Shown piece after piece: positions 17,325 through 27,818 of a DNA stretch of 64,000 nucleotides. The notes under the pieces were generated by a model that was not told where the DNA came from, searched no databases, and worked only from the letters and a program-made list of their open reading frames with translations. Position 1 is the first letter of the stretch. Each line of letters opens with the position of its first letter. Made by a program: the position numbers and the translations under genes. Source of the stretch: Syntrophales bacterium (GTDB taxonomy: Bacteria; Desulfobacterota; Syntrophia; Syntrophales; UBA5619); NCBI GenBank assembly GCA_030654195.1, contig JAURXV010000156.1, positions 207 to 64,206 of the forward strand, given 5' to 3'.

Positions 17325-18644
17325 TCAAATCAGGGCCAGGCTGTCGGCGACGGCCATCCCGGCGCGCGTCGGCCGGAGAAATCCGTCGCGGATCTCCAGG
17401 AGCCCTTCCCCGGAGAGCCTCACGATCATATCCCGTTTGTCCGCGAGAAGATCCCGGCCGTAGCGGATCTTGAACGTCTCCAGGCAGATTCCCCGGCGCG
17501 TCCGGAAGCCGAGAAAGAGCGCCTCCAGACGGAGTTGTTCGTCATTCAGGATCTCCCTCGACTCGACCGGTTCCCGCCCCGATTCCAGATCGCCGATGTA
17601 GGCGTCGACGGAGCTGCGGTTCCAGCGACGCTCGCGCCCCGAAAAAGAGTGCGCGGCGGGACCGAGGCCCAGATAGGGGACGTGGCTCCAGTATTTGCGG
17701 TTGTGCCTCGATTCCCGGCCGGGGCGGGCGAAATTGGAGACCTCGTAATGGCGATAACCGCTCTCTTCCAGGATTTGAGCCGTCCTGAGAAAAAAGTCGG
17801 CCTGACGTGATTCACCGGGGAGGATGAGTTCGCCGAGTCGGCATCGCTTTGCGAGGGGGGTTTTCTCCTCCAGCGTGAGTTGATAGCAGGAGAGGTGGTC
17901 GGGATCGAGGCCGATGGCCGTATCCAGCGTGGCAAGCCATGTTGCAAAGTTGCGGTCCGCTTCCGTGCAAATGGGGACACGATGCGGCATCATGTCCCCA
18001 TTTGCTCCTCCTGCGGGGGAAGAGGGAAGACCGTAGATCAGATCCAGACCGATGTTCACGAAGCCGGTGTCGCGCACCTGTTGGATGGCGCCGATCGCCT
18101 GAAGGGCCGTATGGCGGCGGCCCAGCAGCGCAAGCGAATCGTCGTCGAAGGACTGGACGCCGATGTTCAGGCGGTTCACACCGGAGCGACGGAGCGACGC
18201 GAGGAGCCCTTCGGTGATGTCGGCGGGATTCGCCTCGACGGTGATCTCCGCGCCGGCTGCGATCGTAAAAGCGGTCCGGATGTCGGCGATGAGCCCTTCC
18301 AGATCCTCCTCAGGCAAAACGGAGGGTGTTCCCCCGCCGATGTAGAGCGTATCAAAAGAGGCGGCCCACCCCCGGTAGAGCGCCATTTCCCGGCGTAGGG
18401 CCGACCGGTAGGCGGGGATAAGGGAAAGGTCGGTGATGGAATAGAAACCGCAGTAGGCGCATTTCCGGAGGCAGAAGGGGATGTGGATGTAGAGCCCCGG
18501 GAGTTCATCCGGTTCCGTGGATTGTTCCGACGGACCTTTCCCCGTTGTCGGAGGCGTTTCTTCAGAAATTCGCCCTGCTGAGAAATCTAAAGAATCCCTT
18601 GGAAAGAATCCCGTTCCCGCGGTCTGAAAAGCCGGTCCGCTCAT
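17325..18644 (-). CDS. hemW: Radical SAM heme chaperone HemW / HemN-like (oxygen-independent coproporphyrinogen oxidase family)
   Basis: LYIHIPFCLRKCAYCGF (CxxxCxxC) and a HemN_C-like C-terminus. ATG 18644 overlaps the lepA stop as ATGA. Contains an in-frame palindromic element. Confidence 0.85.
   Translation of the reverse strand: MSGPAFQTAGTGFFPRDSLDFSAGRISEETPPTTGKGPSEQSTEPDELPGLYIHIPFCLRKCAYCGFYSITDLSLIPAYRSALRREMALYRGWAASFDTLYIGGGTPSVLPEEDLEGLIADIRTAFTIAAGAEITVEANPADITEGLLASLRRSGVNRLNIGVQSFDDDSLALLGRRHTALQAIGAIQQVRDTGFVNIGLDLIYGLPSSPAGGANGDMMPHRVPICTEADRNFATWLATLDTAIGLDPDHLSCYQLTLEEKTPLAKRCRLGELILPGESRQADFFLRTAQILEESGYRHYEVSNFARPGRESRHNRKYWSHVPYLGLGPAAHSFSGRERRWNRSSVDAYIGDLESGREPVESREILNDEQLRLEALFLGFRTRRGICLETFKIRYGRDLLADKRDMIVRLSGEGLLEIRDGFLRPTRAGMAVADSLALI
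17967..18005. repeat. Intragenic copy of the 27-nt palindrome (core 17973-17999), extended to a 39-nt palindrome by GCAAAT/ATTTGC
   Basis: Core is identical to 24545-24571 and 7764-7790. It is 39 nt, or 13 codons, read as [13 protein letters not shown] in hemW. Confidence 0.9.
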
Positions 18645-20437
18645 TCCGTATCCGACTTCAACACGGCGAGGAAGGCGCTCTGCGGGATGCTGACGTTGCC
18701 GATCATCTTCATCCGTTTCTTGCCCTTTTTCTGCTTTTCGAGGAGTTTCCTCTTCCGGCTGATGTCGCCTCCGTAGCACTTCGCGATGACGTCCTTCCGG
18801 AAGGCGGAGATCGTCGTCCGGGAGATGATCTCCCCGCCGATCACCCCCTGGATCGCGATCTTGAACATCTGCCTCGGGATCTCCTCCTTCAGCCGTTCGC
18901 AGGCCTGAAGGCCGCGGGCGCGGGCCCGTTCGCGGTGGACGATCTGTGAGAGGGCGTCGACCTTTTCGCCGTTCACGAGGATGTCGAGAAGGGCAAGAGA
19001 GCTCTCGCGGTAGTCGATCAGGTCGTAGTCGAACGAGCCGTAACCCTGCGTCACCGACTTGAAGCGGTCGTAGAAGTCGAAGATCACCTCGGCGAGTGGG
19101 ACCTCATAGACCAGCTCCGCCCGGCCCGGGCTTGGGTAATTCAAGGTCGAGTTGACCCCCCGCTTTTCCATGCAGAGCTTCATCACGGCGCCGAGATAGC
19201 GCTCGGGGAGCATCATCGCTGCCCGGATGTATGGTTCCTCGGATTTGATGATGGACATCGGTTCGGGATAGTGGGTCGGATTATCCACGAACAGGACCGT
19301 TCCATCTTTCAGCGTGAAACGGTAGCGGACGCTCGGGACGGAGAGGATGATCGAGAGATCGTACTCCCGCTCCAGACGCTCCTGGACAATGTCGAGATGG
19401 AGCAACCCCAGGAAACCGCAGCGGAACCCCTGGCCGAGGGCGGCGGAAGAGTCCTTTTCATAGACGAACGAGGCGTCGTTAAGCTTGAATTTGTCCAGAG
19501 AGTCGGCCAGGTCCGTGTAATCGTCCGAGGCGATCGGGTAGATCGAGGCGAAGACGACCGGCTTGACCTCCTTGAAGCCCGGCAGCGGCTTGGGGCAGGG
19601 GCGGTTCTCAAGCGTGATCGTGTCTCCGGTGCGGACATCCGATACGGTCTTCACGCCGGCGATAATGTAGCCGACGTCCCCCGCGGAGAGGCTCTCCAGC
19701 TTCTGACGCTGGAGCAGGAAGTGGCCGACCTCTTCCACCCGGTGCGTGGCGTTGTTGTACACCAGACGGATGATGTCGCCGGCCTTCACCGTCCCGTCGA
19801 AGATCCGGCAGTGGATCACCGTTCCCCGGAAGGAGTCGTACTTCGCGTCGAAGATGAGCGCGGCGAGCGGCGCCGCCGGATCCCCTTTGGGCGGTGGGAT
19901 CCGCGCCACAATCGCCTCCAGGACCTCCTCGATCCCGATCCCCGCCTTGGCCGAACATTTCAGATGGGTGTCCGGGTCCAGGCCCAGCTCCGAGTCAATC
20001 TGCTCGATCACCCGCTCGACGTCCGCCGAGGGAAGATCGATTTTGTTGATGACGGGGATGATCGCCAGGTCGTGCTCCATCGCGAGGTAGAGGTTGGCGA
20101 GCGTCTGCGCCTGGACGCCTTGGGCGGCGTCGATCACAAGTAACACCCCTTCGCAGGAGGCGAGCGACCGCGACACCTCGTAGGTGAAATCGACGTGGCC
20201 CGGTGTGTCGATCAGGTTCAGGGTGTAGCTCCGGCCGTCCTTTGCGCAGTAGGGAAGCGAGACGACCTGGCTCTTGATCGTAATCCCGCGCTCCCGCTCG
20301 ATATCCATGTTGTCGAGGATCTGGTCCTGGAAATCGCGGTCCTCCACGATGCCGGTATACTGAATCAGCCGGTCGGCGAGCGTCGACTTCCCGTGGTCGA
20401 TATGGGCGATAATGCTGAAATTTCGGATGCTGTCCAT
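18641..20437 (-). CDS. lepA: Translation elongation factor 4 (LepA)
   Basis: G1 AHIDHGKST, G3 DTPGHVDF, and the LepA-specific C-terminal domain (...YGGDISRKRKLLEKQKKGKKRMK). Confidence 0.97.
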   Translation of the reverse strand: MDSIRNFSIIAHIDHGKSTLADRLIQYTGIVEDRDFQDQILDNMDIERERGITIKSQVVSLPYCAKDGRSYTLNLIDTPGHVDFTYEVSRSLASCEGVLLVIDAAQGVQAQTLANLYLAMEHDLAIIPVINKIDLPSADVERVIEQIDSELGLDPDTHLKCSAKAGIGIEEVLEAIVARIPPPKGDPAAPLAALIFDAKYDSFRGTVIHCRIFDGTVKAGDIIRLVYNNATHRVEEVGHFLLQRQKLESLSAGDVGYIIAGVKTVSDVRTGDTITLENRPCPKPLPGFKEVKPVVFASIYPIASDDYTDLADSLDKFKLNDASFVYEKDSSAALGQGFRCGFLGLLHLDIVQERLEREYDLSIILSVPSVRYRFTLKDGTVLFVDNPTHYPEPMSIIKSEEPYIRAAMMLPERYLGAVMKLCMEKRGVNSTLNYPSPGRAELVYEVPLAEVIFDFYDRFKSVTQGYGSFDYDLIDYRESSLALLDILVNGEKVDALSQIVHRERARARGLQACERLKEEIPRQMFKIAIQGVIGGEIISRTTISAFRKDVIAKCYGGDISRKRKLLEKQKKGKKRMKMIGNVSIPQSAFLAVLKSDTE

Positions 20438-20711
20438 AACTTGTTACACCTTCGCGTGGCTTCTTATCATGATTGTCCGCAAGAGTAAAGAAGGGGACGG
20501 TCATCATCCTATGACTCGACAGTGCAAGAGTAAATCAGATGTCCCACCAAAGGGCGGGCCAGATAACTCCCCATCCTCAGCGGACCAACAAGCCAACAAT
20601 TTCCGTTCAGTAAGTGCGCCACGATGATTTCGCCGTGGCAGGGGATAGCATTCGGATGAAGCCTGGAAAAAAACGGACGATTCCGTCGCAATCTTTACAA
20701 TTCAATAAAAA

Positions 20712-20743
20712 CAGAAAAGGGGTCTTGTTGACCCCTCTTCTGT
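20712..20743 (-). terminator. Intrinsic terminator of the dodecin gene
   Basis: Minus strand reads CAGAAGAGGGGTC-AACA-AGACCCCTTTTCTG followed by TTTTTATTG. Confidence 0.6.
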
Positions 20744-20777
20744 GTATTGCGAGCAGCCATAATTGATTAAAGCTTCT

Positions 20778-20981
20778 TCACTCACGATACTTGAATGAAA
20801 GGTTTAACCTTACCCTGAAGGCGGTTATCTTTCCATTCTCGATGGTGACATCCTGCCTCACGACCTCCGCAACCCTCAGCTCTTCGAGGGATTTTGCGGC
20901 AGTTGTCAGGGCCTTCTGGGTGGCGTCTTCCCACGACTTTGGACTTGTTCCTACAATTTCAACGATTTTGTACACGGACAT
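20778..20981 (-). CDS. Dodecin family flavin-binding protein
   Basis: 67 aa. MSVYKIVEIVGTSPKSWEDATQKAL...LRVAEV matches the dodecin fold signature (VYK..E.VG.S..S.E.A...A). RBS AGGAGGA. Confidence 0.8.
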   Translation of the reverse strand: MSVYKIVEIVGTSPKSWEDATQKALTTAAKSLEELRVAEVVRQDVTIENGKITAFRVRLNLSFKYRE

Positions 20982-21333
20982 AACAGTTCCTCCTTTCTTT
21001 CATTGGCTGAATCAGTTTAACTATTATTCTAATTGATAAGAACTTCCTTTTCGTGGTGGGAGTATATGAAGAAGAATTTTGTGTGTCAAGAGGATTTTGT
21101 CCGAATTGAAAAGATATTGCCAATACGGAAAAATTCGTTTGGACAAGTTGACCTGCCCACGGGAACCCGGCTGATACCGGGCCTCGATAAGTTCCGATAC
21201 GTCATAACAGCGGCTGATCGCAGTCATTTCAGTCCCTGTTTTTCAAATGCGGTCTACGAGGTGGCGTAGTCGCTTCGCGGTCACAGCGGTCGAAGGGGGC
21301 GGCGTAGTGATGGTGCGCTGCCGGAGGCCGGGG

Positions 21334-22008
21334 CTATCCCAACTTCGCGAGCAGGACCTGGGAGACCTCCTTTACGCCGGGCGTGCCGTCCACCTTGAGA
21401 ATTGTGGCACGCGCCCTGAAGTAGTCCACGGCGGCCAGCGTCCCCGTTTGCTTGTCGTAGTAGATCCCGTGGCGCTTGTCGATCGCCGCCTCGTCCTGGT
21501 CGTCGGCCCGGGCGGTCAGCTTGTCGCAGCCGCAGACGCGGCAGACCGGCTTCCCGTCTTTTTCCGCAGGTTTGATCGCGTCGATGAAGATGTTGTTGGG
21601 GTGGTTGTTGTCCGTGGCGCAGAGCCGGCGACCCATGATTCGCTTCTTGGCGATCTCACGGTCCAGGATGATTTCGATGACGCAGTCAAGCTTCATCCCG
21701 GCCTCCTGAAGCGCCTTCCCGAGGGCCTCCGCCTGGGCGAGATTCCGGGGGAATCCATCCAAGAGCCAGCCGCCTTTGCAATCCGCTTCCCGAAGACGGT
21801 TCAGGATCATCGGGACGGTGATCGCATCGGGAACCAACTCGCCGCGGTCGATAAAATCCTTTGCTTTATTGCCAAGTTCCGTTCCATTCTTAATGTTTTC
21901 CCTGAAGATCACGCCCGTCTCGATGTGGGGGACGCCGTACCGCTTTTGAACCACCGCGCCCTGTGTTCCCTTGCCGCTGCCGTTCGGTCCAAAGATCAGA
22001 ATGTTCAT
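21334..22008 (-). CDS. adk: Adenylate kinase (zinc-lid type)
   Basis: P-loop GPNGSGKGTQ and lid cysteines C..D...CRVCGC. Confidence 0.95.
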   Translation of the reverse strand: MNILIFGPNGSGKGTQGAVVQKRYGVPHIETGVIFRENIKNGTELGNKAKDFIDRGELVPDAITVPMILNRLREADCKGGWLLDGFPRNLAQAEALGKALQEAGMKLDCVIEIILDREIAKKRIMGRRLCATDNNHPNNIFIDAIKPAEKDGKPVCRVCGCDKLTARADDQDEAAIDKRHGIYYDKQTGTLAAVDYFRARATILKVDGTPGVKEVSQVLLAKLG

Positions 22009-22117
22009 GTTCGTGAACTCCTTTCACGGGATGGGTCAAGCGGTTGCCGCCGTCTGTTCGCAACGGGGAAATGCAATCCATTTTCTCATGGCCCACGGCC
22101 ATGACCGGTCAGTGTCC

Positions 22118-22330
22118 TCAGGAAGGGCCGCAACTCGTGGCGGCGCAGCTTCCGCACTCGGCGCCGCCGGCGGATGTGTTGCCGATCTTTCCGGCAAAGG
22201 CGGACAAAAGCCGCTCCGCCTTCTTCGACCCGCACTTCGGACAGGCGACGACTGTCTTATCCTCCCGGCTCCGGAAGAGGACCTCAAAGGGTTCTCCACA
22301 TTTTCGGCACTTGAATTCATAAATCGGCAT
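22118..22330 (-). CDS. FmdB-family zinc-ribbon protein
   Basis: MPIYEFKCRKCGEPFEVL....ACPKCGS, the classic FmdB CxxC...CxxC N-terminus. RBS GGAGGAG. Confidence 0.8.
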   Translation of the reverse strand: MPIYEFKCRKCGEPFEVLFRSREDKTVVACPKCGSKKAERLLSAFAGKIGNTSAGGAECGSCAATSCGPS

Positions 22331-22419
22331 CGGTTTATCTCCTCCGGCGGACCGCAACATCCCCACGCTCGTTACGATTGCGGAAGACGACAGGCCCTTG
22401 AACTTGATTTGCTATCGGA

Positions 22420-22448
22420 AGATTAGAAGAAACCCCCGAAAATGTCAA
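22420..22448 (-). promoter_or_regulatory. Candidate sigma-70 promoter (TTGACA-17-TAATCT) for fmdB-adk
   Basis: Minus-strand hexamers: TTGACA is the reverse complement of 22443-22448, TAATCT of 22420-22425. Confidence 0.4.
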
Positions 22449-22642
22449 GGCAGATCGCATGCACGGTCGCATAACACGAAATGGTAATGACCGGGCCATC
22501 GTCTTTAGACCGGCCGGCCGGCGGAGATCTCCGCACATTTCTCTTGACAGCGGGAAGCGGCCGTGACAGTGGGAAGGCAGTATCCAGGCTGCCCCGTTGA
22601 AGCCGGGGTATGAATCGTGGAATCATAATAAAGGGGTTTGCC

Positions 22643-23824
22643 ATGGCCATCGCGAAGAAGATCAAGGGATTTATCACACAGTCTTCCTTCATCCGGAAGA
22701 TGTTCGAGGAAGGGGTTCGTCTCAAGCAGAAGCATGGTGCGGAAAATGTCTTCGATTTCAGTCTCGGAAATCCGAATATCGATCCCCCGGAGGCCGTCAA
22801 GGCAAGGCTGCGTGAGCTTGTTTCCGCCGAGATCCCCGGGAAGCACATGTACATGCCGAACGCCGGATATCCGGAGACCCGAGCGGCCGTTGCAGCGGAG
22901 CTGAGCGCCTCCCGCGGGGTTGCGTTCTCGGCCGATCAGATCGTAATGACCTGCGGCGCCGGCGGGGCGTTGAACGTCATCCTGAAGACGATTCTCGACC
23001 CGGGAGAGGAGGTGATCATCCCGGCCCCCTTCTTCGTCGAGTACCGTTTCTATGTGGACAATGCCGGTGGAGAAACGCGGATCATCCCACCGCGGGAGGA
23101 TTTCTCCCTCGATCTCAAGGCGATCGATGGGGCCATCACCGAAAAAACCAGGGCCGTCCTGATCAACTCACCGAACAACCCGACGGGGAAGGTCTATGAC
23201 GAGGCGTCGATCCGGGGACTTGCGGCGCTTCTCGCCGAACGGGGAAAAGCGCTCAACCGGGAGATCTGCCTCATCTCCGACGAACCCTACAGCGAGATCG
23301 TCTATGACGGGGTGACGGTGCCGAGCGTGATGAAGATCTATCCCCACAGTTTCATCGCCTCCTCCTATTCCAAGAGTCTCTCCCTTCCCGGCGAACGGAT
23401 CGGCTATATCGCCGTGAACCCCGCCATGAGCGATCTCGGGGAGGTGCTGGGCGGCATCACCCTCTGCAACCGGATCCTCGGTTTTGTGAACGCCCCCGCG
23501 CTGATGCAGCGGGCGATCGCCGGTCTTCGGGGGGTGCGGGTGGATGTGGAGACCTACCGGCGAAAACGGGATCTCCTCTGCGACGGTCTCGCCTCCGTCG
23601 GTTACCAGGTGACCAAACCGGAAGGGGCCTTTTATCTGTTTCCCAAAACGCCCATCGCCGACGATGTCCGTTTCGCCGAAGCGCTCCGGAAGCGGCGGAT
23701 CCTGACCGTCCCGGGGAGCGGCTTCTACGGTCCCGGCCATATCCGGATCGCCTATTGTGTGGACGACGCCACGATCCTGGGCGCGATCGAAGGATTCGGC
23801 GAAGTCTGGAAGGAATTCAAATAG
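22643..23824 (+). CDS. Class I/II pyridoxal-phosphate aminotransferase (aspartate/alanine type)
   Basis: NPNIDPP, INSPNNPTG and PLP-lysine context SYSKSLSLPGERIGY. Confidence 0.9.
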   Translation: MAIAKKIKGFITQSSFIRKMFEEGVRLKQKHGAENVFDFSLGNPNIDPPEAVKARLRELVSAEIPGKHMYMPNAGYPETRAAVAAELSASRGVAFSADQIVMTCGAGGALNVILKTILDPGEEVIIPAPFFVEYRFYVDNAGGETRIIPPREDFSLDLKAIDGAITEKTRAVLINSPNNPTGKVYDEASIRGLAALLAERGKALNREICLISDEPYSEIVYDGVTVPSVMKIYPHSFIASSYSKSLSLPGERIGYIAVNPAMSDLGEVLGGITLCNRILGFVNAPALMQRAIAGLRGVRVDVETYRRKRDLLCDGLASVGYQVTKPEGAFYLFPKTPIADDVRFAEALRKRRILTVPGSGFYGPGHIRIAYCVDDATILGAIEGFGEVWKEFK

Positions 23825-23833
23825 GGAAGGGCG

Positions 23834-24109
23834 TCAATAGACGATATCGAAGTCGGTGAAGCCGCCTGCGGCGCTTTCCTCTGCAATTTCGAGATGATCC
23901 ACCCTGGCGGGCGGCGTTCCGGTTCGGCACCAGGCGAGCATCGCCTCGGCCTCTTTCTGTTCCCCCTCGAAAACCGTCTCCACGCGATCGTCCGGGAGAT
24001 TCCGGACCCAGCCGGTGAGCCCGAGCGCGCGCGCCTGTTTCCGGGTGTTGGCCCGAAAGAAGACCCCCTGGACGCGGCCGGAGATATGGAGATGATAGCG
24101 TTTCTTCAT
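23834..24109 (-). CDS. acyP: Acylphosphatase
   Basis: HISGRVQGVFFRANTRKQA..LGLTGWVRNL signature. About 91 aa. Confidence 0.9.
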   Translation of the reverse strand: MKKRYHLHISGRVQGVFFRANTRKQARALGLTGWVRNLPDDRVETVFEGEQKEAEAMLAWCRTGTPPARVDHLEIAEESAAGGFTDFDIVY

Positions 24110-24144
24110 TCTACTACCTTGTAACACTTTATCTTTCGTATATT

Positions 24145-24250
24145 CCCCTCCCTTGACGGGAGGGGGGCAGGGGGAGGGTGAAGCAACAACTTGGCGTCTT
24201 CGTGGTAACTTTTCCCCCCACCCTAACCCTCCCCCGCCAAAGGGGAGGGG
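24145..24250. repeat. G/C-run-rich interspersed element, copy 1 (inverted relative to 28707-28814)
   Basis: CCCCTCCCTTGACGGGAGGGGGGCAGGGGGAGGGTGAAGC...CCCCCCACCCTAACCCTCCCCCGCCAAAGGGGAGGGG. Both ends match the reverse complement of the 28.7-kb copy. Confidence 0.85.
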
Positions 24251-24268
24251 ATTGATTTGAGCTTGTAT

Positions 24269-26356
<2,088 letters not shown>

Positions 26357-26434
26357 TCATCCTGTTGAAACTCAGCGTTATTGAAGTCGGCCGCCCATGG
26401 GCGAGGCGATCTCTTTTGAACCATTTGGGGGATA

Positions 26435-26710
26435 TCACGATTTGACCAGCCGCAACGCCGGTTTTCCCTTCGGGGGTTTTTCCGGTCCGGTCTCATGCTG
26501 CCGCAGGAGCTGCTCGTTGAAGATGTGGTTCTTGGCGCGGACCGCGTTGATGATGAAAAAGATGATGACCGCCTTTTCCCACTCCTTCGAGGGTTCGAAA
26601 TGCTCCATCCGCTTCTTGTATTTTTCCCAGAGGGAGGAGAGGGAGGCCTCGTCGAGGCCGAGGATCTGTAGCGCCAGTCTGTCGAGTGAGGATTCGATCA
26701 TGATGTTCAA
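26435..26710 (-). CDS. Hypothetical small protein (about 90 aa), co-directional with ligA
   Basis: Only clean ORF in the gap. One hydrophobic segment (AVIIFFIINAV) and a basic Pro/Lys tail. I do not recognise the family. Confidence 0.45.
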   Translation of the reverse strand: MNIMIESSLDRLALQILGLDEASLSSLWEKYKKRMEHFEPSKEWEKAVIIFFIINAVRAKNHIFNEQLLRQHETGPEKPPKGKPALRLVKS

Positions 26711-26792
26711 CCCCTGCTTGCATTTTTCAGCCTCATTCTAACGTCAGTCATGCGGAAAGTCAAACGAAACGGGAGCCGCGCCGAAATAATCC

Positions 26793-26820
26793 TTGTCTTT
26801 TTGATTCATCTCGTTATAAT
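26793..26820 (+). promoter_or_regulatory. Candidate sigma-70 promoter (TTGTCT-16-TATAAT)
   Basis: Perfect -10 at 26815-26820, about 105 nt upstream of the HIT gene. Motif only. Confidence 0.35.
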
Positions 26821-26925
26821 CAGCCGGCTCGTGCGCGGAGGTCTCGGCCGGGTGATAATCGGAGCGATCTCCGATGTTCAGGAACGACCGTTAAAGCGCT
26901 CTTCCGTCTTGCTGAGGGTTACTGA

Positions 26926-27417
26926 ATGGACACGATCTTTGCGCCTTGGCGTTCGGCCTATATCCGGGGGGAAAAGCCCACGGGCTGCGTTCTCTGCAAG
27001 GATGCCGCGCGGGGGGATGGCTTGGTCCTCTGCGAGGGGAAAAGCGGCTACATCATGGTGAACCGCTATCCTTACACCGGCGGCCACCTGATGATCGTTC
27101 CGTTCCGTCACCTGAGCCGTCTAAGCGATCTTCTTCCCGAGGAGAGAGAGGAGCTCTTTGCGTTTATGGATCTCTCCGTCCGGGTTCTGACCGAAGCCAT
27201 GAAGCCGGAGGGGTTCAACCTCGGCATAAATCTGGGTAAGGCGGCGGGCGCCGGCATCGACGATCATCTCCACATCCATGTTGTCCCCCGGTGGGGAGGC
27301 GATACGAATTTCATGAGCGTTATCGGCGAGGTCCGCGTCATTCCTGAGGATATTTCCGGAACGGCCCGGGAGCTCAGACCCTTTTTCACGAAATTTCAGC
27401 GGGAGGTCTGCGGATGA
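26926..27417 (+). CDS. HIT family (histidine triad) nucleotide hydrolase/transferase
   Basis: Histidine triad DDHLHIHVVPRW and N-terminal C..C motif (GCVLC). Confidence 0.85.
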   Translation: MDTIFAPWRSAYIRGEKPTGCVLCKDAARGDGLVLCEGKSGYIMVNRYPYTGGHLMIVPFRHLSRLSDLLPEEREELFAFMDLSVRVLTEAMKPEGFNLGINLGKAAGAGIDDHLHIHVVPRWGGDTNFMSVIGEVRVIPEDISGTARELRPFFTKFQREVCG

Positions 27418-27755
27418 AAGTGATCTATACCATCATCGTGGCGATTTTCGTCATGTTCATCATCACCTTTTCACTTGAAAATACCGCTCCCGTCAACCTA
27501 CACTATCTTGGCTTTGATTTCTTCAAGGGATCCCTTCCAACGTACATGTTGATTTTCCTCTCGTTTTTAGCCGGGGTCATTTTCACGGGGTTCATGGGGA
27601 TCGTGGAGCGGTTCCGCCTGACCAGAACGATCAACCGCCTGAACAAGACCATCCGGGATCTTCGCCGCGAGATAAAGACGAACGAGAATGGGAATCCCCC
27701 CTATATCGAGGCCGGCGCGAAGACCACTCCGCCGTCCGGCGAAGAAATCTCCTGA
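27414..27755 (+). CDS. LapA/DUF1049-like small inner-membrane protein
   Basis: Two TM helices followed by a basic coiled tail (RLTRTINRLNKTIRDLRREIK). 4-nt overlap with the HIT gene. Confidence 0.65.
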   Translation: MKVIYTIIVAIFVMFIITFSLENTAPVNLHYLGFDFFKGSLPTYMLIFLSFLAGVIFTGFMGIVERFRLTRTINRLNKTIRDLRREIKTNENGNPPYIEAGAKTTPPSGEEIS

Positions 27756-27818
27756 TCTGTTTGTAGACAGGTTGTCTGGGGTGTGTTAGAAGCGCGCGTT
27801 TCTTGTCTGGGGAGCCTC

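Noticed and set aside
21425-21445. Sigma-54 promoter-like TGGCACGCGCCCTGA, and GTGGCAGGGGATAGCA at 20627
   Set aside because: The first lacks the -12 TTGC element and lies antisense inside adk. In the second the GG-GC spacing is one base short. I found no convincing -24/-12 promoter in the window.
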